Part shown: positions 1-9,403 of the stretch, in pieces
How positions within the stretch are numbered: the first letter of the stretch is position 1
Layout of the letters: each line of letters begins with the position of its first letter
IMG/VR virus record: IMGVR_UViG_3300031994_000044
Location: 1-64,000 of that record
DNA length: 64,000 nt
Source: a virus
Lineage: Duplodnaviria > Caudoviricetes
Strand: one strand, 5' to 3'
Notes under the pieces: generated by a model
What the model saw: the letters and a program-made list of their open reading frames with translations, nothing else
Database searches by the model: none
What the model was told of the DNA's origin: nothing
Program-made: the position numbers and the translations under genes

Positions 1-249
1 ATAAAACCAATCATCATCCAAAATTTTTTCCCCATATAACGCTTCAATAACTTCCTCAATAGTGTATTTTTTTGTTGCGCAAAGAATATAATTGTCGCAT
101 TTCCAAACATCGATATAATCTTTTCCAATCCAACGTTTATTTTTAAATCTTTTCAATGGAACAATTATGTCTCGGTTTATATCTATAATTCTAACAACTG
201 ACAATTCAGTTGTATCGTCAAAACTTTGATATTCAATTATAATTCCCAT
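1..249 (-). CDS. hypothetical protein, partial (runs off window)
   Basis: ATG at 249 (MGIIIEYQSF...); the stretches checked by eye are open and the frame reaches base 1; preceded by AACCAATTAAAA leader and promoter motif 291-306. Confidence 0.6.
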   Translation of the reverse strand, partial: MGIIIEYQSFDDTTELSVVRIIDINRDIIVPLKRFKNKRWIGKDYIDVWKCDNYILCATKKYTIEEVIEALYGEKILDDDWFY

Positions 250-312
250 GTTTTTATAATTTTTAATTGGTTATTTACATTAATCAATATAGCAAAAAAT
301 GTGCCAAAATAT

Positions 313-340
313 AAAAAAGGCGGTACAAAATTGCACCGCC
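313..340 (-). terminator. intrinsic terminator
   Basis: GGCGGTG..TACCGCC hairpin followed by T6 on minus strand. Confidence 0.7.
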
Positions 341-346
341 AATAGT

Positions 347-700
347 TTAGCCCTCCTCCTCTTCGTTGTTAGTAAGACCAAATTCTTCAGCGCAAGCATC
401 CATTTCTTCCCAATAGTCACTGAAACCGACCCAAAGGTTGCCCATTTTGTCAGCAATTTCCTGCATTTGTTCATCGGTAAGTTCGCTTGGGTCAAAACCT
501 TGCGAAATCAAATCCTGCCTTGAAATTGTGGTAGGCACAAATTCATCCAACATTGGAGTTGGCATAAGCAAAAACTCGCCATTGTCATCACTTGAAACGA
601 TAACGCCCTTTTTGTTTTTCAATGTTTCGTAACTCTTTTCAAGAGCGATAGGTGCATTAATGTAGAAGAACTCTTTTCTTTCAATTCTCTTGTAATACAT
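347..700 (-). CDS. hypothetical early protein (acidic)
   Basis: 117-aa ORF with own promoter and leader. Confidence 0.75.
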   Translation of the reverse strand: MYYKRIERKEFFYINAPIALEKSYETLKNKKGVIVSSDDNGEFLLMPTPMLDEFVPTTISRQDLISQGFDPSELTDEQMQEIADKMGNLWVGFSDYWEEMDACAEEFGLTNNEEEEG

Positions 701-761
701 GGTGTGTTTATTTTATTGGTTAAACTTTCAATTTAGTGTCATACAAATATCGTGCCACAAT

Positions 762-1031
762 TTATCTCATAGAGTTACAATCTACAAAATCCCATAATTG
801 CGTTTGAAAATTCGCCTCATTGCCTTTAAAGCAATTGAATTGCCCTATTATGCCGTTCTCATTTGAAACAATTACAATTTCAAGCGCACCATTAAATTGA
901 TAGTCAAGTTGTGCCAATTTGTCACCTCTTGTGCAATCGTTTATTGCCTCTTGTTTGTCCCCATAGATAATAACATCACCATCGGGAAAATGTAGCGGTT
1001 TGCCGTTCTTTTCGACTATAATATAATCCAT
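762..1031 (-). CDS. hypothetical early protein
   Basis: 89-aa ORF in co-oriented cluster. Confidence 0.7.
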   Translation of the reverse strand: MDYIIVEKNGKPLHFPDGDVIIYGDKQEAINDCTRGDKLAQLDYQFNGALEIVIVSNENGIIGQFNCFKGNEANFQTQLWDFVDCNSMR

Positions 1032-1043
1032 GACCTCTATTGT

Positions 1044-1208
1044 TTAATATGGATAATTGCAAAGAATATAAAAGATACTTCCCAACCCAATAAGGGCATC
1101 AATCATAATTAGCCAAAAGTAAATCTTCCTTTGCTGTACATAGTCACATACATAGAGTATTAAACCCAAAATAAAAGTGACCCAAATAATTGCTATTGCC
1201 GTATTCAT
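1044..1208 (-). CDS. small membrane protein (not in ORF track)
   Basis: 54 aa MNTAIAIIWVTFILGLILYV..., two hydrophobic stretches, own promoter 1245-1260. Confidence 0.6.
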   Translation of the reverse strand: MNTAIAIIWVTFILGLILYVCDYVQQRKIYFWLIMIDALIGLGSIFYILCNYPY

Positions 1209-1266
1209 TCTTTTTTGTTTTTAATTGGTTACACTTCAATTATATACAAATTTTGTACCAAACTTG

Positions 1267-1455
1267 TTAAAACAACAAAGAAAAAATTGTAAGCCCTATA
1301 ATTATAAAACAACAAATCAGTTGTTGCTTATCATATTTTTCCACATCTTCTTGGGGTATTCTGTTTTTATTATTGTTACCATAGATAACAATTCCTATAC
1401 AAGCAAATTGATAGGCAAAGACAATAACTGTAATAATTGTTATAATAATGTTCAT
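1267..1455 (-). CDS. small membrane protein
   Basis: 62 aa, two hydrophobic segments, own promoter. Confidence 0.65.
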   Translation of the reverse strand: MNIIITIITVIVFAYQFACIGIVIYGNNNKNRIPQEDVEKYDKQQLICCFIIIGLTIFSLLF

Positions 1456-1518
1456 AATTTTTATTTTTGATTAGTTAATACTTTCATTTCAATAAGACAT
1501 CAAAAAGTGTGCCACAAA

Positions 1519-1821
1519 TTAAAATTTGCCATATTTTTCTTCTATTTTACGATATTTTTCTTCTAAAAATGACATAATTTCATCACAAGCATCATCAAAG
1601 GTTTTCATATTACCAATATATTCATTGAAATAACCGATTGTATCTTTTATATGTCGTATATCATTATCGGGCTCAATACATACAGAAAATAAATGGTCTT
1701 GGTGATTAAGTGCTGCACGATAACCAATACACAACTCGCCAAATGCTGTGACCCATACATTTAAATTATACTCTTCGCCATTGTTAAAAACTGCCTTTGG
1801 TAACTTTTCAATTTTATTCAT
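1519..1821 (-). CDS. hypothetical protein
   Basis: 100-aa ORF. Confidence 0.7.
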   Translation of the reverse strand: MNKIEKLPKAVFNNGEEYNLNVWVTAFGELCIGYRAALNHQDHLFSVCIEPDNDIRHIKDTIGYFNEYIGNMKTFDDACDEIMSFLEEKYRKIEEKYGKF

Positions 1822-1839
1822 AAATAATTGTATTTAATA

Positions 1840-2028
1840 CTACTTTCTTTTATAACAATCAAATGGACATTCCGAGCAAGGATAAGGAACTAATTCAGCA
1901 AATTTTTCCACACCATTGCTATATTTTTTATCAATTATTTCACAATGAGGTTCATATTGTTCTAATGGCAATGGAAAGTCAAGCCAATAATGCTCACAAG
2001 TTTTACAAAGGTCTTTTTCTTTATTCAT
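1840..2028 (-). CDS. small Cys-rich protein (CxxC...CxxC)
   Basis: Start moved to MNKEKDLC at 2028 because promoter lies at 2064-2079. Confidence 0.65.
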   Translation of the reverse strand: MNKEKDLCKTCEHYWLDFPLPLEQYEPHCEIIDKKYSNGVEKFAELVPYPCSECPFDCYKRK

Positions 2029-2084
2029 ATTTATTTGTATTAATCGGTTACGCTTCAATTATATACAAATTCCGTGCCAAACAC

Positions 2085-2504
2085 CTATTCCGCCGCCACA
2101 ATTTTACCTTCAGCAATTTCTCTTTTCAGTGATTCAATGAAGTAGTAAAGGCCATCAGCGTAGGACTGCATTTCATCCCAATCCGTTCTGCTTTCAATCA
2201 AATCTTCGGGATGGTGGCTTTTTGCGCTGCAATAATTCAAATCGTTATCCCAATCGGTTTCTTCCTTTGCAAGCCGTTCAAGGCAGTTTTCAGCCTCGCC
2301 AAAGCACTTGTAGGCATAATTGCGCTCTTTGTACAAACTGAAACTATTTCGGTCATAGTCGCTGAAATATTCCTGCAATGTGACCTTTTGCCCTTTGGTC
2401 TTGATGTAGTTGTCAAAGGCGGCTTCTCTTTCCTTTAATTTTAATTTGCCGTTGCAAATCTCGTTCCACTCTTTTGTGTTATGATAGTATTTGTAGATTT
2501 CCAT
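2085..2504 (-). CDS. hypothetical protein
   Basis: 139 aa, consensus-matching promoter upstream. Confidence 0.75.
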   Translation of the reverse strand: MEIYKYYHNTKEWNEICNGKLKLKEREAAFDNYIKTKGQKVTLQEYFSDYDRNSFSLYKERNYAYKCFGEAENCLERLAKEETDWDNDLNYCSAKSHHPEDLIESRTDWDEMQSYADGLYYFIESLKREIAEGKIVAAE

Positions 2505-2625
2505 TGTTGTATTGTTTTAATGTTCAATTCAAATATAAGCAATAATCGTGCCACAATGTATGTACGCATTTGCGTATATTTAAAAATGGGGATAAAATTT
2601 ACCCCCATTTCTCGGCTCATTGTTT

Positions 2626-3198
2626 CTATTTATATGCATTTTCCCAATCATAAGAACTAATTTGAGAAGGTCTAAAAAACCCATTCAAGCCTTTCATAGC
2701 CTCACCCAATTGTTTTATAGCGTTATTCACCTGCTCGGTGTATTTGTCATAATTATCCCTCGCATCTCCCCATTTTTCCTGTTGCTGTTTGCAAAGGCTT
2801 ATTTCAGTCTCGCATTCTTGGTCTAATTTTTCACTTATAATTCGGTTTTCACCATTCAAAAAATTGTTGCAGTTATATATCATTAAACCATGTAAGTCTT
2901 TGTCAAAATAGACCCAATTTTCCCCAATTTTCACGTCTCTATTTGACGTGTAAATTTTTAATTCTTTGTGACCCATATTATAAGGGTCTGACATATATAC
3001 GCTTGTTGGCATATCCTTACTTTTCAACTCATCGTTTATTGCATTTGAAAAACGAGCATTGAGGACTTTTCCGTCCATTTTTTTACCTACTTTTTGAATG
3101 ACTCTATAAGTCAATATTACTTCATTGTAGGCTGTAATAATAGCATTTGCCAATACCTCAAATCCTTGCTTGTCAAAATTTCTTGCCCTATAGTCCAT
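2626..3198 (-). CDS. hypothetical protein
   Basis: 190 aa, own promoter, terminator-like hairpin at about 2585-2610. Confidence 0.8.
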   Translation of the reverse strand: MDYRARNFDKQGFEVLANAIITAYNEVILTYRVIQKVGKKMDGKVLNARFSNAINDELKSKDMPTSVYMSDPYNMGHKELKIYTSNRDVKIGENWVYFDKDLHGLMIYNCNNFLNGENRIISEKLDQECETEISLCKQQQEKWGDARDNYDKYTEQVNNAIKQLGEAMKGLNGFFRPSQISSYDWENAYK

Positions 3199-3258
3199 AG
3201 TATTTAATTTTTAATTGGTTATTACATTTATATTAGATAGCAAATATTGTGCCAAACT

Positions 3259-3456
3259 TTAGTCATCTTCGAATAATTTTTCCCATTCCTCTTTAAAATT
3301 ACAACCTCTAAAAGGATAATATATATTAAAAATAGGTAACGTTGATAGGAATATCGCCAAAAAAGGTTCAACGTCTCTATATAACATTTTAGAGAGAGTA
3401 AAACAATATGCTATTGCATAAATTACAATTCCAAAAACTATCAATGCGTCTATCAT
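3259..3456 (-). CDS. small membrane protein
   Basis: 65 aa hydrophobic. Confidence 0.65.
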   Translation of the reverse strand: MIDALIVFGIVIYAIAYCFTLSKMLYRDVEPFLAIFLSTLPIFNIYYPFRGCNFKEEWEKLFEDD

Positions 3457-3514
3457 AATTTATATTTTTAATTGGTTAAACTTCACTTTAATTATATGCA
3501 ATAATCGTACCAAA

Positions 3515-3823
3515 TTACCACATTGTCATAATCTTTTCATAGATTTTTTCTGCTGTTGGAACATATCTGTTGATAGATGCTTGCGCCCCATATTTCCAAC
3601 CAAAATCATCACAAGCCTCTTCTTCAACAAAATCAGTGACATAATCCACAATCACATCCATTGTGTGTGAATATGTATCAAAATCATTATCGTAGTTTTC
3701 GGGAAAATCATCTTTACTCCATAAGTTCTCTTTCATGTAATTGAAGATTCTATCAACCAACATATTGAAGTCGTTATCATCAAGATAATTGTCAATAGTG
3801 TGCGCTCCGTGTTTTGTATTCAT
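3515..3823 (-). CDS. hypothetical acidic protein
   Basis: 102 aa, own promoter. Confidence 0.7.
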   Translation of the reverse strand: MNTKHGAHTIDNYLDDNDFNMLVDRIFNYMKENLWSKDDFPENYDNDFDTYSHTMDVIVDYVTDFVEEEACDDFGWKYGAQASINRYVPTAEKIYEKIMTMW

Positions 3824-3873
3824 AGTGCTTACATTTTATATTCAATACAATTATATACAACAATCGTGCCAAA

Positions 3874-4494
3874 CTATTTGCAATTTGCTTTTATTTCGTT
3901 CTCCAATTCGGAAAACATATTGTCAAGTGTGACTTTCCATGTACACTCTCCACAAAGAGGTGCAGCGGTCATCATTTGGTATTCGCCAAACCTATTGCGA
4001 AATAGCCTAAACATTCTATCATATTGACCTTTGTACAATATTACAATAGCATTGTAGCCGCTTGTATTGGTGTCGCATTGTCTTTTGCCGTGTTGAATTT
4101 CAGCCGTGTAGTTAGTTCCTTTCACGGCATTTTGGGCACATTCAAGCAACTTGGGCATAAGTTCTTCAATACTTGGGGTTTCTTCTCTCTCTGCAAGTTC
4201 TTTTTCCCGATTATCAAGCCATGCACTTACACAATCATAAATAAGTTGGTCTTTGCTGCTTGGCTTATACCATTTGAGGTTTTCCTTGTAAAACCATTCT
4301 TTGTAAAGCACTTGCTTATCAATGTCAAAAGAAATTTCAACACTGCCCCAAATATGCACATAATTCGGGTGATAGCCGTTTCTTCTCAATGGCTCAAAAA
4401 ACTTGTAATCTTCTTCCCTCAAATATTGAAGATGATTATCGAAAAGTTTTTCGCATCTTGCATCTAATTCTTCATACATTTCTCTTGCGGTCAT
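3874..4494 (-). CDS. hypothetical protein
   Basis: 206 aa, own promoter. Confidence 0.8.
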   Translation of the reverse strand: MTAREMYEELDARCEKLFDNHLQYLREEDYKFFEPLRRNGYHPNYVHIWGSVEISFDIDKQVLYKEWFYKENLKWYKPSSKDQLIYDCVSAWLDNREKELAEREETPSIEELMPKLLECAQNAVKGTNYTAEIQHGKRQCDTNTSGYNAIVILYKGQYDRMFRLFRNRFGEYQMMTAAPLCGECTWKVTLDNMFSELENEIKANCK

Positions 4495-4563
4495 AGTAGT
4501 ATAATTTTAATTGGTTAATACTTTCACTTCAATAAGACATCAAAAACTATGCCAAAAATTATA

Positions 4564-4833
4564 TTAAACACTACATTTTGAATAAATTTCTATATTATTA
4601 TAATTCTCCACTCTCCTATTGAAATAGGTGGAAAAATAATCTCTCTCTACTTCCCACTTCTCCCATTCATTACTATAATGGGCAATATTGTGGCCAAGCA
4701 TCCAAACCTCCCAACCGCCATCTTCGTTTTGGTCTATATGGAAATAAAGATATTCCTTTGCAAATTCTTTCAAATCATCGGCTTCGTAATATCTAACAAA
4801 TCCCGCAATGTTCATTTTTATTATGTACTTCAT
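4564..4833 (-). CDS. hypothetical protein
   Basis: 89 aa, own promoter. Confidence 0.7.
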   Translation of the reverse strand: MKYIIKMNIAGFVRYYEADDLKEFAKEYLYFHIDQNEDGGWEVWMLGHNIAHYSNEWEKWEVERDYFSTYFNRRVENYNNIEIYSKCSV

Positions 4834-4952
4834 AGTGCTTTGTATTTAGTGTTCACTATAATATAAGCAAAAAGTGTGCCACAATTTATTTTTTAAATTA
4901 AAAAAGAGAAAGAGATTGAGATTTTTCCCAACCTCTTTCTATTTTGGTTATA

Positions 4953-5570
4953 TCACGCATTTGCGTACATATTCTCTTTTTCAATTATTACCACCACGCT
5001 TTCTTTTGCCTCTTCATTCACACAAAATAATTCACCTTGCTTGAAAAATAAGAGGTTTTCTGCTTTGATTTGGAAAGGTTTAATTTGACTTTCGCCATAC
5101 AAACCAACGCTCTCTTGCTTTGCACTACTGCTATGTTCTACATAAGGTTTTATTACCTCAAACTCTTCTTTTGTAAACTTCCGACCATCAATGTGCTTAT
5201 AAATTGTGGTTGCGTTATTGCCTCTCACTTTTTGTAGGCAAAGATAAAATTGAGTTTCATCTTTGTCGGCAACTGCAATAAAATCGTCAATGTGGTGTTT
5301 TCCCACCATACCTGCGACCTCAAAGGTCTGTCCCTCGATGCCGTTTCTTTTAAAAGCCTTATTTATTGAATTGGCGTAATTGACTCCGCCCATACAATTT
5401 ATTACACTTTCTTTGTAACAATCACCATAAAAGGGATTTTTTTTAGGTAATTTTGGCGCGCTCACATAAGATATGCAAAGCATTTCACCCTTTACCACTT
5501 TGCGGAATGAGTTAATGATGTTGTTGATTTGGTTGTCACTGATTTGTTGGTTTCTTGCATTTGTTTTCAT
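4953..5570 (-). CDS. hypothetical phage protein
   Basis: 205 aa, own promoter. Confidence 0.8.
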   Translation of the reverse strand: MKTNARNQQISDNQINNIINSFRKVVKGEMLCISYVSAPKLPKKNPFYGDCYKESVINCMGGVNYANSINKAFKRNGIEGQTFEVAGMVGKHHIDDFIAVADKDETQFYLCLQKVRGNNATTIYKHIDGRKFTKEEFEVIKPYVEHSSSAKQESVGLYGESQIKPFQIKAENLLFFKQGELFCVNEEAKESVVVIIEKENMYANA

Positions 5571-5650
5571 AACTTATAATTTTAATTGGTTTGTTATACT
5601 TGTTACTATACAAATCTTGTGCCGTTTTTTATTTTTTCTCGATTTTTTTT

Positions 5651-5908
5651 TTATTTTATTTCCCATATCCATTTCCACCCATTTGTCGTGTAATCTTCGA
5701 CAAATTCCTCCCTTTTATTTATTGCGGCAACTGACAATTTTATATCTTTACGGCAAAGGTGATACGCATTGCCACCAACATTTTCACGACAAGCAAAACT
5801 AATTATTATATAGGTGTATTTTTCATTTACCCACCCAAATACTTCGTCAAAGTGTTTGAGGTTTATCTTCTTTGCCTTTGCTATTTTTTCCAAAATTGCC
5901 TTATTCAT
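5651..5908 (-). CDS. hypothetical protein
   Basis: Start moved to MNKAILEK at 5908; promoter at 5941-5956. Confidence 0.65.
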   Translation of the reverse strand: MNKAILEKIAKAKKINLKHFDEVFGWVNEKYTYIIISFACRENVGGNAYHLCRKDIKLSVAAINKREEFVEDYTTNGWKWIWEIK

Positions 5909-5980
5909 AATTTTTATCTCTTTGTTCACTACAATAAGAAAGCAAATATTGTGCCAAATTATCCATGACAAACAAAATAA

Positions 5981-6226
5981 TTACCAAGTTTTTTCTTTAT
6001 CAACTGAATAGAATTGTTTGCCCATAATTTCTTCAAGATAACATTTAAAATTAAAATTGCCACGATAATGAAGATGAGCAGCAAATTCACCGACAAATAC
6101 ACTGCAACCGTTTTTATCAGTTACATCACGACCACTTTCGCATATTACATAACTCTTTTCTCTGTGGTAATTAAAAGTCCCCAAAGCCAAAGCGATAGCA
6201 TAATCTTGATTATTTGTAATCTCCAT
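5981..6226 (-). CDS. hypothetical protein
   Basis: 81 aa, own promoter. Confidence 0.7.
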   Translation of the reverse strand: MEITNNQDYAIALALGTFNYHREKSYVICESGRDVTDKNGCSVFVGEFAAHLHYRGNFNFKCYLEEIMGKQFYSVDKEKTW

Positions 6227-6363
6227 ATCTTTATAATTTAATTGGTTAAAACTTTCACTTCAATAAGAATACAAATATCATACCAAACTATTACGTATTT
6301 GCGTACATTTAATAAAAAAAAGCGGAATTTTTCAATCCCGCTTGTTATTGCCGTTGTTGTGGA

Positions 6364-6954
6364 CTATCTTTCAACCCACATAAGATTTTTCACATCGTTA
6401 TTGTGATAGTCACCATCAATATGTATTACCTCATTGAGTTTTATATCGTGTTCACCCATAAAAGCATCCGCCACCATATACTTTACATCGGAGGTTGTGC
6501 GTTTTCCCTCTTTATCGTTGAGGGTAAACTGCATCGCATTTCTTGTTGGCGTATCATAACCGCTTGTAATTTTACATTTCATTACATCGCCACAATCAAT
6601 TATCTTAATTCGCCCTTTATCCGAAACCTCATAGAACATTGAATAATCGACATTGCCGCCGAAGTATCTACCTATATTTTGTATCGGCAACCATTTTTCG
6701 CCTTCAAAAAGAGTTATTTGTTTTGCAACCTCTTGATTATTCAAAAGAACAATTTGCTCGAAATAATCGCTTATCGTCATACCTTTCGGCTTCTTTATTG
6801 CTGTTTTCTTTTTGGGCAAATAAACAATCTTTTTACCCTGTTCTACAAAATCAAGCACATCTACGCCATACTTTGTAGCTATCATTCTCGCTGTTGTTTT
6901 AGCGCTCATTCCCTGCGGAATTACAAAGGTGTCATTTTTCTTAATCATATCCAT
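6364..6954 (-). CDS. NUMOD4/HNH endonuclease-like protein
   Basis: EKWLPI...YEVSDKGRIK (NUMOD4-like) and VIHIDGDYHNNDVKNLMWV (HNH_3-like). Confidence 0.7.
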   Translation of the reverse strand: MDMIKKNDTFVIPQGMSAKTTARMIATKYGVDVLDFVEQGKKIVYLPKKKTAIKKPKGMTISDYFEQIVLLNNQEVAKQITLFEGEKWLPIQNIGRYFGGNVDYSMFYEVSDKGRIKIIDCGDVMKCKITSGYDTPTRNAMQFTLNDKEGKRTTSDVKYMVADAFMGEHDIKLNEVIHIDGDYHNNDVKNLMWVER

Positions 6955-7066
6955 AATTTTTATTGGTTACTTATACTTTTATTTAATCAAAGATTATGCC
7001 AAACTGATTTTTTTAACCTGACAATTTGTCATAAAGAACGTTTTTTTTCGCGACAATTTGTCAGTA

Positions 7067-7453
7067 TCATTTTGTCAGCCTTTTTATTTCATTTGCCAAT
7101 TCTTTACCTTTAATATCTATATCTTTTATGTTTATAACACTATCAGCAACAAACCTAAATTCTTTGCCCATACTATCATTTTTGTGGTCTGCAAAGAACG
7201 ACAAAATCCCAAGATTAGTTTTTACTTCATTCTCATTGCCCAAATCAATAACATATATTGTGTTGTTCTCACTGATAGAATTTGCCCTCAAATAATATAT
7301 ACCATGTCTATCAACAAATATATTAGAGTACACACTGACACGCTCCATTTTAGCAAAACCTTTGCCGCCTCTTTGTTTAGCAATACTAAATACCTGCGCA
7401 CTCATTGTCATTGTAATACCTAAAAACAGCATTGTAAATATAATCTTTTTCAT
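7067..7453 (-). CDS. secreted/periplasmic hypothetical protein
   Basis: Signal peptide MKKIIFTMLFLGITMTMSA/Q, Bacteroidota-style Q after cleavage site. Confidence 0.7.
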   Translation of the reverse strand: MKKIIFTMLFLGITMTMSAQVFSIAKQRGGKGFAKMERVSVYSNIFVDRHGIYYLRANSISENNTIYVIDLGNENEVKTNLGILSFFADHKNDSMGKEFRFVADSVINIKDIDIKGKELANEIKRLTK

Positions 7454-7605
7454 ATCAATTATAATTTTAATCGTTCTCTTATATTTTTCTTCTATACAAA
7501 TATCATTCCGTTTTTAATTAGAATTGATATAAATTACAAAAAAAGATAAAAAAAATGAGGCGTTTTCACAACGCCCCACGTATTAAAAACCTTTACTCTT
7601 TTTAC

Positions 7606-7869
7606 TTATCCATGAATTTTTTTTATTTTTTCATACGAATACATTTGTATTTGGCGGCACACCTTATTATTTATAACAACAAACGTTTTATTTGTTTCCT
7701 CACTGACAAGTTTTGTTGCACAATCACCATACACATCTAACATTGATTTTACCATCTTTTCAATCCTCTCCTTAGCCTCACTTTCAGTGCTACAAGGATG
7801 ATAAATAGGTGCGCTTTCAATTCCGTTGGTGCTTGAACTTGCTGTCACTAAAAAAATTTCTTTTTCCAT
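7606..7869 (-). CDS. hypothetical protein
   Basis: 87 aa, first gene of leftward cluster. Confidence 0.7.
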   Translation of the reverse strand: MEKEIFLVTASSSTNGIESAPIYHPCSTESEAKERIEKMVKSMLDVYGDCATKLVSEETNKTFVVINNKVCRQIQMYSYEKIKKIHG

Positions 7870-7962
7870 ATCTTTATGTTTTTAATTGGTTACACATACC
7901 TTAATCTTATCAAAGACCATACCAAACTGATTTAGATTTTGTCTAAATTATCATTTTTTTTA

Positions 7963-7977
7963 CTGACAATTTGTCAG
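7963..7977. promoter_or_regulatory. palindromic operator/enhancer-like site CTGACA-ATT-TGTCAG
   Basis: Related copies at 7019-7031, 7051-7063, 7985-7998. Confidence 0.5.
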
Positions 7978-8498
7978 ATATTTACGACAAAAATGTCAAA
8001 CTTGATTTAAATGGGTTTTTAAAGCATTAGAAAGACTTTTGTATTAAAATATATGAAGTATTGATTTTAATTTAATCGTGCATTAGGGGGCATATACGGG
8101 GCATATAGGGGACGTTACCCCCCTCTCCCATCCCCATTAAGGGGGTACCCCTTTTTTGGGCGCACAGTTGCTCGCGAAAATTTTTTCCGGAAAATTTAAC
8201 AAAATGTAGGATGAAGGTCCAAAATTAAAATTATCATTACCGTATCTAATTATTATCGATACAATTTCTAATCATTATTAAAATAAAAAAATCTCTATAT
8301 AAGTAACGCAAAAAAATGCGTTTTTCATGAGGGGGGGGTCTTTTTTCCCAAAAGGTACTACTTTTTGAAAAAAATTTTCCATATATAAAATCTATAATTA
8401 AAATCAATGTCTAGATTCAATGTTTGCCATATAGTATTTAGACACTTTGTCCAGATACTTGTCTAGATTCTGGGATAACGGCCCAAAATGAGGCATTT

Positions 8499-8578
8499 TT
8501 CCGTTATGACAACAGAAAAAAGAAGGGCGGCGAAAGATTCGCTGCCCTTATGGAACACGCATTGAATGTGGTTACATT
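8499..8578 (-). repeat. duplicated 3' element with intrinsic terminator (copy 1)
   Basis: About 80 nt highly similar to 11935-12013; hairpin AAGGGCAGCG..CGCCGCCCTT plus T tract. Confidence 0.85.
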
Positions 8579-8608
8579 CGAGGAGATTAGAGTTGTTAAA
8601 TGCTCTGC

Positions 8609-8791
8609 TTAAATATCCTTTGGAAGTTTTTCAATAAAATGTTGCTTCTTAAAGTCTGAAGGGCAATAAGGCCTTCTTTTATTGAAAATCCTAAGAATTT
8701 CGTCATTAGAATTTTCGGTTGGCTTATGAGAAGTTTCAATATTTGAAACTGTATAAAAGCTTGTGTTTTCCATATTATACATTTTATTCAA
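8609..8791 (-). CDS. small hypothetical protein
   Basis: 60-aa ORF between CRISPR cassette and duplicated terminator; true start may be 8772 or 8781. Confidence 0.4.
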   Translation of the reverse strand: MNKMYNMENTSFYTVSNIETSHKPTENSNDEILRIFNKRRPYCPSDFKKQHFIEKLPKDI

Positions 8792-8906
8792 TTATAATTA
8801 TAAATAGGTTATTATACTTATACAGAAAAATTTCTTAATAACCAAATCTTAGTGCCATCATGTATATAATTTCCATAAATTTTACAAATCCCTAATAGTT
8901 TACTGC

Positions 8907-9403
8907 GTTGTAATTACCATTATAAAAAAGATATTCAACAATTGAAACGCTTTCGGAATGCCGTAACTATCGTTGTAATTACCTTTATAAGAAAGGTATT
9001 CAACAATACATCGATACAAGACCTCTACTTCAACAGAGTTGTAATTACCTTTATAAGAAAGGTATTCAACAATACACAACAGAAAAGGAAACGGAAACAA
9101 CACGTTGTAATTACCTTTATAAGAAAGGTATTCAACAATAGGCAATAATAACATACAATTCCAATCAACGTTGTAATTACCTTTATAAGAAAGGTATTCA
9201 ACAATTCAAGACCTATGCTGATGTGTGTACGCTTAGTTGTAATTACCTTTATAAGAAAGGTATTCAACAATAAATGCCGTTCTTGGGGTCTTTTATGTAG
9301 TGTTGTAATTACCTTTATAAGAAAGGTATTCAACAATATCAACTGTAGTCAGGTACATATTATCGACGTTGTAATTACCTTTATAAGAAAGGTATTCAAC
9401 AAT
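8907..9403 (-). CRISPR. CRISPR array, 8 x 36-nt repeats, 7 spacers (29-30 nt)
   Basis: Repeat (minus) ATTGTTGAATACCTTTCTTATAAAGGTAATTACAAC starting at 8907, 8972, 9038, 9104, 9170, 9236, 9302, 9368; the 8907 copy has 3 mismatches (trailer end). Confidence 0.98.

Larger units (their letters stand above)
291..7924 (-). promoter_or_regulatory. 17 dispersed copies of a sigma54-like -24/-12 promoter, TGG(C/T)A(C/T)-N5-TTG(C/T/A)
   Basis: Copies at 291-306, 742-757, 1245-1260, 1499-1514, 2064-2079, 2538-2553, 3239-3254, 3497-3512, 3856-3871, 4539-4554, 4866-4881, 5609-5624, 5941-5956, 6270-6285, 6986-7001, 7495-7510 (weak), 7909-7924; each about 30-50 nt upstream of a minus-strand ATG. Confidence 0.8.

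Noticed and set aside
8499-8578. Duplicated element as a tracrRNA
   Set aside because: No complementarity to the CRISPR repeat; better explained as 3' UTR plus terminator
8943-9367. Self-targeting spacers
   Set aside because: No match to any spacer noticed within the window by eye; not a computed search
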